A DNA stretch of 62,966 nt, filler included, from Octopus bimaculoides (Eukaryota), in assembly GCF_001194135.2 (NCBI RefSeq). It is 3 parts of 3 records of this genome, joined end to end, with 100 filler letters (N's around TTAATTAATTAA, not from the genome) between each part and the next. Parts side by side here need not be neighbours in the genome. Positions count along the whole stretch, not along the records: positions 19,619 to 50,842 come from NC_068981.1; 2 more parts are not named here. The stretch is one strand, 5' to 3'. This document shows, piece by piece, positions 37,145-49,217 of this stretch; positions within the stretch are counted from its first letter, which is position 1; each line of letters begins with the position of its first letter. A program made the translations under genes and the position numbers. The notes beneath the pieces were generated by a model, which was not told the origin of the DNA, ran no database searches, and was given only the letters and a program-made list of their open reading frames with translations.

Positions 37145-38009
37145 TAATTGATATTCTTTAAGTACTTGAAAAAAATCATAGTCTAGTGAGATAATTTGTT
37201 GATTTACTGATATATTTCCCTCCTTGGTTTCAGTTTTGAGAGAATAAACTTGCATTGAAAGTTGTTATTTAACCTTAGGTCAGCTGTGATTGAGCAGACC
37301 CCTATCAAAGACATTCCAGCTGTGACCATCCCATCGTTTGCCCTTTTTTAATGATACTAGGGTTTGAGTAGAATTTTTCAGCTTCCTCTGACTGAGTGGT
37401 ATTAGAGATAACTAGTGAGACTGTTGGAATAAAAAGAACATTTCTAAAAGTACTAAAACAGTTACATCTGCCCTGAAGGCAAAGATAAAAATTGAAAAAG
37501 AAAAGAAAGAAAAAAAAAGGCACTACATGTGATTATCATTACTATCAATTCACAGATATTAAGCTATTTTAAGATTGACATTACTTAATTACACATTATC
37601 CTTTGTGACTAGTTTATTGCTTATTAGGAGATAATAACTTACACAATGAACAAGTCAATTTTGTTATTGTGTGACTATATTTCTTACTGGCAGTTGCTGT
37701 TATTTTCACTTTCTTTCCTTAACTCTAAAAGCACTATAAAGAAAGAAGAAAAAAAAGCTTTTGAAATGGTTTGTACTTAGTGGTAATTTGCTCCGTCTTC
37801 TGTTCATAAGTTTTAAGCAGTTGAACAGATATACTATTAATTCAAATATAATCTTATTAGGTACACATTATTAGCTGTTCTAGTCTAAATGTGTATGAAT
37901 CTGTGTTGTGTATATGCGACTGTGTACGTGTGCGCGCGCGCATGTACTACTTGCTTTTACAGCAGTCTTGTGTGTGTGAAACTGTTTCATCGTCGAGGCA
38001 CAAGAGCTG

Positions 38010-38243
38010 TCACTCGATGCTCTGGTTGATTAAAGCTAGCACACACATGATAGACTTAAAAATAAATAGATATGTAAAAGGAATAGATAAGAACCAGAAA
38101 CATGTTGATGAGATGGTAACAGTGAAAAAACCAGCGGCAGCACCACCGCTTCTATCACACCCACCGTCTTGTTTATTGTCTGTAGCATCAGCACCAGTAG
38201 CAGTTGCAAGCACAATCTGTTTCATTCTCTTAGCGGTAGGAGG
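38010..38243 (-). CDS. Candidate terminal exon encoding a small-residue linker and hydrophobic tail (GPI-signal or TM-like)
   Basis: CTACCATTTCCAG| then a phase-0 open frame of 77 aa: PPTAKRMKQIVLATATGADATDNKQDGGCDRSGGAAAGFFTVTISSTCFWFLSIPFTYLFIFKSIMCVLALINQSIE*. The opposite strand is also open, so the strand is uncertain. Confidence 0.35.
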   Translation of the reverse strand, partial: PPTAKRMKQIVLATATGADATDNKQDGGCDRSGGAAAGFFTVTISSTCFWFLSIPFTYLFIFKSIMCVLALINQSIE

Positions 38244-39379
38244 CTGGAAATGGTAGATTTTCAACACAAAAAGAGAAACAACAGATCCACGCTAAATAAC
38301 TGGTTGTGTTCTCAAAAAGCAGCTACCTGAAGATACTCAAGACTACATGATGATTCTCAATGAAAACAATTTCTTATTTTGTTATGCTACCAAACATTTT
38401 CTCTGTAACTCTCTTCAGAGAATACATTAAGTATAATATTTACCTATGTTTTAAGCATAGGGTTTTTTTTTTTTTGGCACTTGATCTGTTTTTTTCCTTC
38501 GAAGTACTGGAGCCTCTTCAGCTTAACATTTCTTACTTATTCTTCATTAATAGTTTCTTTGAGAGTGTATTTCCTCGAACCATTTCATTATTAATGATAT
38601 AATGAAATTTTTATACCATAGTTCTTCCCGTATATTTTTATAATTCCAAATTATATTTTTTGTATTCTATACACAATGACATATATTAGACATCTATGAA
38701 AAAATTTTAAAACGATGGAAAACTAAAAAAAAAACAACAAAACCTGTTTATTTGAGTAAATACTGGATTATATTTTATCCATTTGATTTGAAACAAAATA
38801 TTTCTATGCAAAATTCAAATTTTCAGTCATTGTAGTTTGTTCCTAAAGGATTTTATTACTACAATATAATTCAGAATTAAAAGACAATCAAAGGAAATAA
38901 ATACAAAAAAGGAAAGAAATAATAAAAGAGAAATATTAAAAAAAAATTGGCCTGGGAAACTTAAGGTCATAATTTTAGTGAGGCTTCCATTACCAACTAA
39001 AGCTGGAGTATTTATTTTTTTCAATTTCATTTTCAACTTATAAAACCTACCAAACTACACCATGATTAAGAATGTGTCCCAAGTTCCTTGCCTTGGAGTT
39101 TCCTCAACTGAAATCTGCCGTGGAACTGGATGCTATTTTCATAGGGATCACCTGGAACAGCGAATGTCACTCACTGATGCCTTTGTTCATATTTTTGATC
39201 GGTAGGCTATGATAATACAATATATTGTGTGGATCTGTGATGGGTGTATTTTTTAAAAATGTATCTTTTTGTGTATGCATTTATGTTAGTAAATGTGTAT
39301 CTGTATCTGAGCATGGATATGTATGTATGTGTGTGTGTATGTATATATATATATATAATTATATATGTATATATAATTA

Positions 39380-39442
<63 letters not shown>

Positions 39443-39451
39443 ATTTATTTG

Positions 39452-39488
<37 letters not shown>

Positions 39489-39945
39489 CAATTTATCTGT
39501 ATGTATATATGCGTATCTCTCCCATACATACACATGTACATAAGTATCTGTATAAGTATTTTTCTCTCGTGTGTGCTTGCGTGTTTGTATTGTAATTGGT
39601 GTGACGTTAAAATGTTTCCTCGTCAACCGTTTGAATACATTTTACATGGTGTGACTGATATAGTATCTTGTCTCCTCCACCCCTCCCTACTAAATATTTA
39701 CTTTCTGTTCTACATTCACTTCATGCTTGACTTACTGACTCTCAGCGTTTCACTTCTTTCTTCTGAATATTTCATCCATCACCATAAATCATTATTATTC
39801 TATCTTACGTCTGAGACATTCGTCTTTATCTACTATGTGTGTGTGTGAGAGAGAGATTGTGCTTGCACATGTAGATATTCGTGCACACATGTGACTGTAT
39901 ATGCACGTGTACATCTCTGCATATTTCCGTGTGCGTGTGCGCGCG

Positions 39946-39978
<33 letters not shown>

Positions 39979-41949
39979 GTTAAAGAGTTTGTGTGACCAA
40001 TTTGTAATAGAACCGGGTGGGAATGACTCACATATTCTATATAAATGTATGTGTATCATCTAGTTGTAGGAATTAGCATGAAGGAATGTAAACTGCAATA
40101 TATTGGAGTTCTATCCATGGGGATAACATTGGATCGTAGCAACAGCATGTCTCTAACATACACGTGCGCTCACGTACGTACACACACACACACACACACA
40201 CACATTATATCATCACTTCTCATGCTATCCTTCCTTGGTCTTTGTTACAGATACTGTCTATTGTCGATTCAGAGCACTTTACCTCGACGATACTGTTTCT
40301 GCCCTGATCAAACAAACCTATGATTAAACGGTATTCCACCTGTAACATCCCACTGTTGTTATTTGAGGGATGTTTCGTTCCTAGTTCAAGCAGTCACATT
40401 CTTGCCTCGTAGATGTCCTTATTATAGACGATGGGGATGGTGGTTTCGTTTGTAAAAGTGAAAAATGATATTGTTCCAAAACCGTGTCTGCAAATCCGTT
40501 TCATTTATGTTCCAAATGCAAAAGTAGCATAAATGTTATAAACTCAAGTCAATGTTCATGATATTTGTGGATTGATGCCTATGTAAAATTACCATAACCT
40601 TATCTTGTTTCCTCTCATTCTTAGGACTATGAAAGGAGAGTTTTTAATGTTTTTATATAGTGAATGATGAAATTGATAATGCACTGTGGTATTTAGTCAT
40701 GTTCCTTTATTTTGAGTTAAGGTCTCACCAATGTTAAATTTATTTCATCCTGCCAGAATCAACAAAGTGCCAGTCATTTGTTGTAATCAAACAAAATGTG
40801 AATGTAGATACACAAAGTTAAGAGTTAGAAATATAGCACAATTTTTTTTTTTTCTTTTGCTCAAATTTTTGCATATGAATGTTAGAAGTTTGTGAATAGG
40901 TTGTAATACATTAAAAAGTTATAAGTAAATGAGTTGGTTTTGTTTATAAGCCGTGAAGTATTATCCATAGATGAATATTACCAAACTGCTAGAGCACATT
41001 TCGTAACTTTTCAGCTCCAGAAAATGTTTTTTGACAAATGTGATGTTTATATATTGGGTTAATTTCATGCCAATGTAACAAGAGATATGGTTAATTCTCT
41101 ACAAGATTCTGTGTGAAATAGCTATGACAGAACATGAGGCCTATGAGTCTGTTCTTCAAATAGAAATCATGCAGTCTTCAAGTAGCTAGAAGAATTTTTG
41201 ATAACTGGGAAACCTCTTAAGGCCAAAGTGGATAGTGTGGATGTGGAGAAGAATACTATAGAAACAAGCTCCAACTAAAATCATTTTGTAAACTGTGCTC
41301 TGTGTGTAAAGGTAACTGTTGAAGAATAGAAAGCATGGAAATTGATAGTTGTCAAAACTCAATAAAAAGACTTCCTAGTTTCTATGATAAAATGCTGGAA
41401 AGTAGCATTTCATCCACTTTAAGATGGATGAAATATGAGCTAACAAGTTATTTTAAAAGTAATTAATTTGCAATTTACTGATATTTTGCATAATGAAATC
41501 ATACTCAGTGATAGCCCTCTGAGTACCTTTAGTCCAATAAATAAGCAGGAATTTAAGGATAGTCTCTCATTATCTAATTTGAACTATTGCAGAGATGATA
41601 AAATTCCTCTTAATTTTCAAAATTCTTCTCACTGATATTATTGTATTCTTAGTAAAAATTGTCAACACAAGTTTAAGAACTGGTGTAATAGAATGTCAGA
41701 TAGATCTAACTATGGTTTCTATCATTAAAAAAATTTAAATCTCTGCATCTGAGGAAACTTTTCATGGTCTAGATAGGTAAAAATTTTATAATAAATTTTG
41801 TGAGTTAGGATAAGTATTTTATACTATGGAAAGAAGAGGATACTGACGTTTTCTAACTCATTCTTCATCTGAGAAATAATATTTAAAAACAATTCTTTCC
41901 CAGTCCCAAACATTCCTTTTCTCTCCACAGCATATGAAATTATCCAAAC

Positions 41950-42560
41950 TGTTTATTTGTCAATTGCTTGCATTTCCTCTATGAGCAGGTCATATAAAGA
42001 AGAACACATCTGTAATATTTTTCAGCCCCGATGCCCATAATAATCTCTGTTTATATCACCTGATGTTAAATTTATCTGAAACATTTCTTTGGAAGGACTT
42101 GCACAATAGTTTGCTTGTGTAAATGGTTTTTCTCAAATAGTGGTTGTAATTAATTGACTTTATAGCCAGTACCATAATATGTAGGGTTATTCCTACACTA
42201 AAGATCCTCTGTACTGAGTTCTATCCTCTTTAACATTATATATTCATAATTTCATTTCTTTCTACAATAGCATATGTTTCGATGTAGATGATTGTAAAGT
42301 TTGTAAATCATTTGAAAACTTTCTCTAGTGTCAGACACTTATCAACTGTTATAAATGATATCAAATTATTGAATGATCAGCATCTCAAACTAAAAATTTA
42401 CTAAAAAGTGTTATTTTGGATAAACAAATGACTTTCAACCAACATACCAGCCAACTGGTTCAGAATATGTCACTTACTCTGTGTATCATAAAAATATTGG
42501 GAAATAACATTGATCAAATCCATTGTGACTTCCAAAACTGACTTTAATAATTCCTTCTTC
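41950..42560 (+). mobile_element. Highly decayed CR1/L2-like LINE RT
   Basis: SQIVVVIN...LTLYIHNF...FDVDDCKV...KNLLKSVILDKQMTFNQHTSQLV resembles the RT QxVxIN / LYINDL / FADDxK / KDLGVILDxxLTFxxH motifs. Confidence 0.5.
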
Positions 42561-43323
42561 ATATTGTCTCATGAATAGCACCAGAAGGTGGTATTATTGC
42601 TATAATTACCTGTAATAATACATTTCCTATATTTGTTTGCCTACATGTCGTTGCCAATGAAAATACTTATTCTTAAAAATCTTGAAATAAGTGTATTGAT
42701 ATTTTACTGCTACAGGTCCACACACTCTTAAAAACTTGACTTACACATCTACTTGAACTCTTTCTTACTTCCTAGAACTGTCTCAAGTTTCACCCTGTAC
42801 CAGTTAGTATTGGGTTAATAGTTATGAAAAATGATACCAAATATGAAACACACTGCCTCCAGCTATGAGGAAATTCTCAATCATATTAGCATCAAGTACA
42901 AATGTTGTGTTTTCAAACATGTCATTATATATTCTCAGTATAACAGTTTCTCTTCAGGCAGTTTTCACCTAGTTTATGTAATTAATATATTCTTCTCCTC
43001 TTCGTTATTATTTTAACATCCAGTTTTCTGTGCTTGCGTGAGACAGTTTATTAAGGCAGATTTTCTAGTTAGCTATCCTCACTAACTCTTGTTTCTAAAC
43101 AAGATGAGTTATATAACATTTCATTAAAAAAGTGTGATTTGAGTGAGATTTGTTGCTATTTCCAGTAGGTTAAGCCACCATTTAGAAACTTTCATTGAAA
43201 TTAGCTGACATACATTGAACGAAAACATTATTAAATACCAATAACAGTGGGCAGACAAGGCAATACTTTTGTCTATCAGAAAACAGCTCTCTCTCTCTCT
43301 TTATCTATCTATCTATCTATCTA

Positions 43324-43355
<32 letters not shown>

Positions 43356-43358
<3 letters not shown>

Positions 43359-43577
43359 TCATCATCATCATCGTTTAACATCCGCTTTCCATGCTAGCAT
43401 GGGTTGGACGATTTGACTGAGGACTGGTGAAACCGGATGGCAACACCAGGCTCCAGTCTGATTTGGCAGAGTTTCTACAGCTGGATGCCCTTCCTAACGC
43501 CAACCACTCAGAGAGTGTAGTGGGTGCTTTTACGTGTCACCCGCACGAAAACGGCCACGCTCGAAATGGTGTCTTTT
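43356..43577 (-). mobile_element. Young RTE-3'-tail repeat (truncated by gap)
   Basis: Near-identical reverse complement of 48978-49210. Confidence 0.85.
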
Positions 43578-43991
43578 NNNNNNNNNNNNNNNNNNNNNNN
43601 NNNNNNNNNNNNNNNNNNNNNNNNNNNNNNNNNNNNNNNNNNNNNNNNNNNNNNNNNNNNNNNNNNNNNNNNNNNNNNNNNNNNNNNNNNNNNNNNNNNN
43701 NNNNNNNNNNNNNNNNNNNNNNNNNNNNNNNTTACAGTCTTTATTGCACCTGAACATCTGACACAAACAAAAACTAACTTGCTAGTTAACCTGCCTTTGA
43801 TGTTGCTGCACCTCTTATGTGTCCATAGCTTGCACCGGGTACATCTTATAGAGTTACTACCTACTCCTTTTCTACATACTGAGCAGGGCCATCTACCTGA
43901 AGGGGGGGGGATATATATATATATATATATTTCGTTTTTGGATTTGGATTTTAAGGCACAATAAGAAAATGACTCTCCCCAGACACAACAG

Positions 43992-44032
<41 letters not shown>

Positions 44033-44511
44033 AATCAGAAAGGAGTTTAATGTTAGGGATGATGTGAGTTATAGAGTACTTCTGTTTCATAACTTCAGTG
44101 GTGTACTTGGTGTAAAGTGTGAGTTACTCTTTTATTTGTTTCAGTCATTTGACTGTGGCCATGCTGGAGCGTCGCCTTTAGTTGAGCAAATCGACCCCAT
44201 GACTTATTCTTTGTAAGCAAGCTACTTATCACACAGCTACTCCTACACCTTATTTAAGGAAAGTGTGATATGTGGTGGGAAAAAAGGGCTGACTGTTTTA
44301 GTTACGTGTATAGATATGCTTACATTAGCTTCAGTATAACAAGGATCTTTCTTTCTCCGTCTCTCAATATATATATTTGAGAGAGAGAGAGAGAGGGGGG
44401 GTTGTCTGTGTGTGCAAGACAGTGAGATATAAGCATGTATGCCATTTTGTATGTGCTCACATTTGTCATAAAATTTTACATTTGGTTGTTCTTTCCTCTG
44501 TTTGCTCACAG

Positions 44512-44514
44512 AAA
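44512..44514 (+). CDS. Candidate 3-nt micro-exon (AAA)
   Basis: TTCTTTCCTCTGTTTGCTCACAG|AAA|GTGAGT: strong polypyrimidine acceptor and consensus donor 3 nt apart. Confidence 0.25.
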
Positions 44515-44820
44515 GTGAGTGACTTTAAACATTTTTGTCTCCTCTCTTGCACTGCTTTGTTTCCAGTAATGTTTCATTTTTGTCCTGTGCAGGAAGTAAT
44601 TACTAAATATACTTGTAATTATACTTAAAGTAAACCTAGCTATCATCTTTCATGATCTCATTAAAGTTTTACCACCGAGTTCAAGATTTACTTCTCAGCA
44701 TTTAACTGCAGTTGGTATTTTATTGTTGACTGCTGCTGCTTTTGATGTTCCCAAGTTTAGAATTATTTTTAGCAATCTGTCTCTTCTTTAATCTTTTTGA
44801 GACATTTTGCTAATTTTCAG

Positions 44821-44848
44821 TATGACAGAGACAACAATCTGAAAGTCG
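44821..44848 (+). CDS. Candidate 28-nt exon (YDRDNNLKV)
   Basis: TTTTGCTAATTTTCAG acceptor with a CTAAT branch-like motif; donor GTATCT; phase 0-1. Confidence 0.25.
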
Positions 44849-45149
44849 GTATCTACACTTTAATGTCTTCCACATTTGTACCGTTTATTTCCACTAATTT
44901 AAGTTTCTTTCATAACAAAAATGACTGTCCATCACCTTTTTTTCACTTGATGACAAAATGTATTTTCATTGAAAAATAATCCTACAAAATATTAATTTTT
45001 TTTTTTACTTGATATGAAGCCATGTTTGACACAGTTTAAAGATCTTATTGATTAAATTAACTGCAGTATTTCACTGATGCTTAATTTATAGATCACTAGA
45101 GATGGCTTTGGTATCAAAATATTATAGCAGAGCTTTAGCAATGATATTG

Positions 45150-45420
45150 TGGCTATGTGGTAAGAAGCTTGCTTCCCAGGTTCGGTCACATTGTATGGCA
45201 CTGTGGGCAGGTTTCTTCTAACATAGCTGTGGGCCAACCAAAGTCTTGTGAGTGGATTTGGTAGGCAGAAGCTTATTATATAAAGAAGCCTGTCGAGTTC
45301 AAATACTGCTGGGGTTGACTTTGCCTTTCATCCTTTTGGGGTTGATGAAATTGAACATTGCAGTTGTTGTAGTCGACTTACCCACTCCCTCAAAACTGCT
45401 GGTCTTGTGCCAAAATTTGA
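45150..45420. mobile_element. SINE family A head plus family B fragment
   Basis: GTGGCTATGTGGTAAGAAGCTTGCTTCCC...GGATTTGGTAGGCAGAA, then GAGTTCAAATACTGCTGGGGTTGACTTTGCCTTTCATCC. Confidence 0.65.
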
Positions 45421-45724
45421 AAGCATTATTACCTTGATAATAGAACTGAGTTCTTGAAGCCATGTCTAAAGGATTTGAGTGTTATTCTTGCTGACTAAGC
45501 AGAGATTAAGGAAATATAAAAAAAAAAAACTGGAAAATTTGACTATAATATATACATACATGCACACATACACACACATGTATGTGTGTGAAAATGTAAC
45601 TGCATGTGAATTGTTGGCAATTCTTCCTTATTTTTCCTTCTTTCTCTTTGGACTTTCCTCTTTCTGACAAAGAGCTATGCTTGAAATGTTAACAACTCTC
45701 TCATTGACCATGACAGAGAAATCT

Positions 45725-46190
45725 TAGCTGGGAATCTGCATTAAATTTTGCCAGAAGTATGGCAATACCTGCTCAGAGGCCTTCACAAATTTTCATTGTT
45801 CTCAACACAATTGAGGAGATCTTGTGCAACTAAAATCCAAGTGTCTTTTTGGTTAGCTGAAAGCACTTTTGACACAAACTTGGCAGACTTGCATCTCCTA
45901 CCCAAATCCTCTGTGATAATGGACTGAAGTGAACCGTAACTAATCTGCACATCTTCTGATAAGTCACAGATGGGGATTCAACAGTTTCCCCTCACAACAG
46001 CACGCACATCTGCGATGTTTTTCTCAGTTCTGCTAGTTGCAGGTCTCCCAGAATGTTTGTCAATATTGATACTTTTTGGCAATTTTCGAAACATCTGAAC
46101 CACTGATACACTTGTGTGTGGCTCATACACTCCTCTCCATACACTTTCTGCAACTTTGCATCGGCCTCTGAGCAGGTATTGCAATGACAA
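45725..46190 (-). mobile_element. Rearranged mariner (Tc1/mariner) transposase N-terminal remnant
   Basis: TCSEADAKLQKVYGEECMSHTQVYQWFRCF...DKHSGRPATSRTEKNIADVRAVV...SAKFVSKVL on minus; ICIKFCQKYGNTCSEA on plus at ~45730-45785. Confidence 0.8.
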
Positions 46191-46378
46191 CTTCCTCTGT
46201 CATGGTCAATGTGATGATCACACACTACACACCTTCCTTCCAAACACTAATGTGGACAGCAAAAGTGAGCTAGAATGTTAAAACCTAGTGCACATGCACA
46301 GCAGAGTTCAAGGTTAATCTTTGCCAAGTGGCTTCACTCTGTACTTTAGCTTTGTAATTATGGCAACTTTGTGTGTAC

Positions 46379-46465
<87 letters not shown>

Positions 46466-46715
46466 GGTGCATGGCTTAGTGGTTAGGGCTTTGCACTCAT
46501 GATTGTGGGTTCGATTCCCAGACTGGGTGTTGCATTGTGCTCTTGATTTCATGTTGCTCTGCGATTATTTCATCATCTGACATGTGGCACATGGTACACC
46601 TGTATAGGTAATGTTGATTTGATGGAGGGAGTGAACTATAAACAACTTATTTGTGTGGTTGTTCAGCTAGAAATTGCTGAACCCTCATACGATATCTAAT
46701 GACAGGAGAGTCCAT
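46466..46715 (+). mobile_element. tRNA-derived SINE with intact Pol III boxes
   Basis: A box TGGCTTAGTGG (46472-46482) and B box GGTTCGATTCC (46508-46518); no complete cloverleaf or acceptor stem. Confidence 0.7.
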
Positions 46716-47020
46716 GATACACACACACACACACACACACACACCCTCTCTTTCTCTCTCTTGTGTTTTTGTTAGGGTATATATCTCTAGGATGAAATCA
46801 GGTTGTGCTTTTTATAGATTACATACCAGAATCTCTTCATGGTATTACCTAGCTATTAGAGTTACTGATAGAGAAAGACAGCCTGTAGATAACTGCCACT
46901 TTGCATTGACGTCATCAGAATTATGGGTATTCCTTGTGTAACAGGTAGTTTTTCAGATAGCTGCACTGTCTAATATATATATATGTGTTTATATATATAT
47001 GTATGTGTATATCTATGTAT

Positions 47021-47064
<44 letters not shown>

Positions 47065-47117
47065 ATGTGTATATGTGTGTGTATGTGTATATATATGTGT
47101 GTGTGTATATATATGTA

Positions 47118-47188
<71 letters not shown>

Positions 47189-47302
47189 TGATATCATCAG
47201 CTGTAAGGAAGACAGCAACTATTTTACGATCTTGTTGCTAAATATAAATCTCATACAAGTAAAGAATCCCCTATCGTATTGGTTTTATCTTCCTTCAAAC
47301 AG

Positions 47303-47314
47303 CTGAAGAATATG
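47303..47314 (+). CDS. Candidate 12-nt micro-exon
   Basis: TTTTATCTTCCTTCAAACAG|CTGAAGAATATG|GTGACT; phase 1-1 gives (A)EEY. Confidence 0.2.
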
Positions 47315-47896
47315 GTGACTGTTTATCACCAATCGCCCCTTCTCGTTTCTTCCAATTTGTGTTTACAGGTTTACAGTTCTACCATTGTACACCTACCCCC
47401 TCTCTGTCTCACTCACTCACTCACTATTGAGAACTGTTCAACCGTCTTTCATATCTTCCTTCATTTTCTCGCTTCGCCATCAAACAACTACTTCTACTGC
47501 TTGAATTTTTGGTTTAGAGTACTTGTGCACTGACATTTTTTCTTATTGGAAATGAAGCAATAAATAACTCATATCGTACACATATCGTAATAGAAATATA
47601 GTGGTATGTGTGTGAGATGTTAACTGTGTGTATGAGTGAGTGAATCCATGTTATAATGTGTGTGCGAGTTATTAGTTTATTTTCTTAGCTGCGATTAAAT
47701 GAGAGAGTGATATTACTATGTGTGCGAATTGAATCACCCATCATTTCTAACATCCGCTCTATAATTATCACTGGCATCAATTCTTTTGCATCATTCCATT
47801 TACCTCGCTAAAACCCTCCCAGAAAAATAAAAGTAGAGAAGAAAACAAACCACACTTTTATTCTGTCATATAATTTCATCTATCTTTCTTTCACAG

Positions 47897-47931
47897 TCCG
47901 ATACCTTATCTTTGAAAGATATTACAATTAG
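47897..47931 (+). CDS. Candidate exon start (phase 1 gives (V)RYLIFERYYN*; phase 0 is open to a donor near 47962)
   Basis: Strong acceptor TTTCATCTATCTTTCTTTCACAG ending at 47896. Confidence 0.2.
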
Positions 47932-48106
47932 ACAACACTTTACAAGACCCAATAATATTTGGTAGAGGAGATGGGAACAGAGATGACTGCCATGAAGAAT
48001 TATAAAAATATTGATTTTTTTTATACGATCTATTAATTCACATAGATTGCCAAATTGATGAATTTTCATAGAATCAATTAATTGGTTGTAGATAACATAT
48101 ATTCTT

Positions 48107-48370
48107 TCTATATATATAAAACTGAAAATGTGTGTATGTGTGCGTCACTAAAACTCGAGAACTACCCAACCGATTTCATTCAAATTTTTCACATGTCATG
48201 CTGTGTCATGGGCCAGAAAAATTTTCAACTTTTTGCCTAATGTGAGCCCTGAGCAATCTCTTATCGCTTACACTATTTCAGTATTATGTGGCAAAAATGA
48301 AACCATAACATTGCTATTGTAATGTGAGATACTTGCAGTTTAATAGTTCCACTGTTGACACTGAAACTAT
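48107..48370 (+). mobile_element. Non-autonomous Helitron 5' end
   Basis: TCTATATATATAAAA start, then TGTGTGTATGTG...AAAACTCGAGAACTACCCAACCGATTTCATTCAAATTT, a layout typical of non-autonomous Helitrons. Confidence 0.6.
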
Positions 48371-48430
48371 TATCTCACATATATACATGCATGCATACAC
48401 ACACACACACACACACATATATATACACAA

Positions 48431-48463
<33 letters not shown>

Positions 48464-48470
48464 CACATTG

Positions 48471-49210
48471 CTCCGGAAGCCAGTATGCTCCGGAAGCCAG
48501 TATGCTCCGTTGGATGTGTAATGTCAATGTGAATACCCGTCAGAGTGTAAGTATCTTGAGAGAAAAGCTGAACATTAGAAGCATCAGTTGTGGCGTGCAA
48601 GAGAGACGATTGCGCTGGTATGGACATGTGGTGAGAATGGAGGAGGATAGCTGCGTGAAAAAGTGCCACACCCTAACNNNNNNNNNNNNNNNNNNNNNNN
48701 NNNNNNNNNNNNNNNNNNNNNNNNNNNNNNNNNNNNNNNNNNNNNNNNNNNNNNNNNNNNNNNNNNNNNNNNNNNNNNNNNNNNNNNNNNNNNNNNNNNN
48801 NNNNNNNNNNNNNNNNNNNNNNNNNNNNNNNNNNNNNNNNNNNNNNNNNNNNNNNNNNNNNNNNNNNNNNNNNNNNNNNNNNNNNNNNNNNNNNNNNNNN
48901 NNNNNNNNNNNNNNNNNNNNNNNNNNNNNNNNNNNNNNNNNNNNNNNNNNNNNNNNNNNNNNNNNNNNNNNNNNNNNGGTAGCACATAAAAGACACCATT
49001 TCGAGCGTGGTTGTTTTCGTGCGGGTGACTCGTAAAAGCACCCACTACACTCTCTGAGTGGTTGGCGTTAGGAAGGGCATCCAGCTGTAGAAACTCTGCC
49101 AAATTAGATTGGAGCCTGGTGTTGCCATCCGGTTTCACCAGTCCTCAGTCAAATCGTCCAACCCATGCTAGCATGGAAAGCGGACGTTAAACGATGATGA
49201 TGATGATGAT
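48471..49210 (+). mobile_element. 5'-truncated RTE LINE (gap inside) ending in the abundant tail repeat
   Basis: EASMLRWMCNVNVNTRQSVSILREKLNIRSISCGVQERRLRWYGHVVRMEEDSCVKKC, a 300-N gap, then the family tail and (GAT)n. Confidence 0.85.
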
Positions 49211-49217
49211 ATATATG

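Noticed and set aside
43427-43964. Long ORFs spanning N-runs (also 48355-49138, 53876-54560, 58054-58821)
   Set aside because: Length comes from X codons in gaps; the flanks are repeats.
46466-46530. Possible tRNA gene
   Set aside because: A and B boxes are present, but there is no full cloverleaf or acceptor stem, and it continues into a repeat body, so it is a SINE head.
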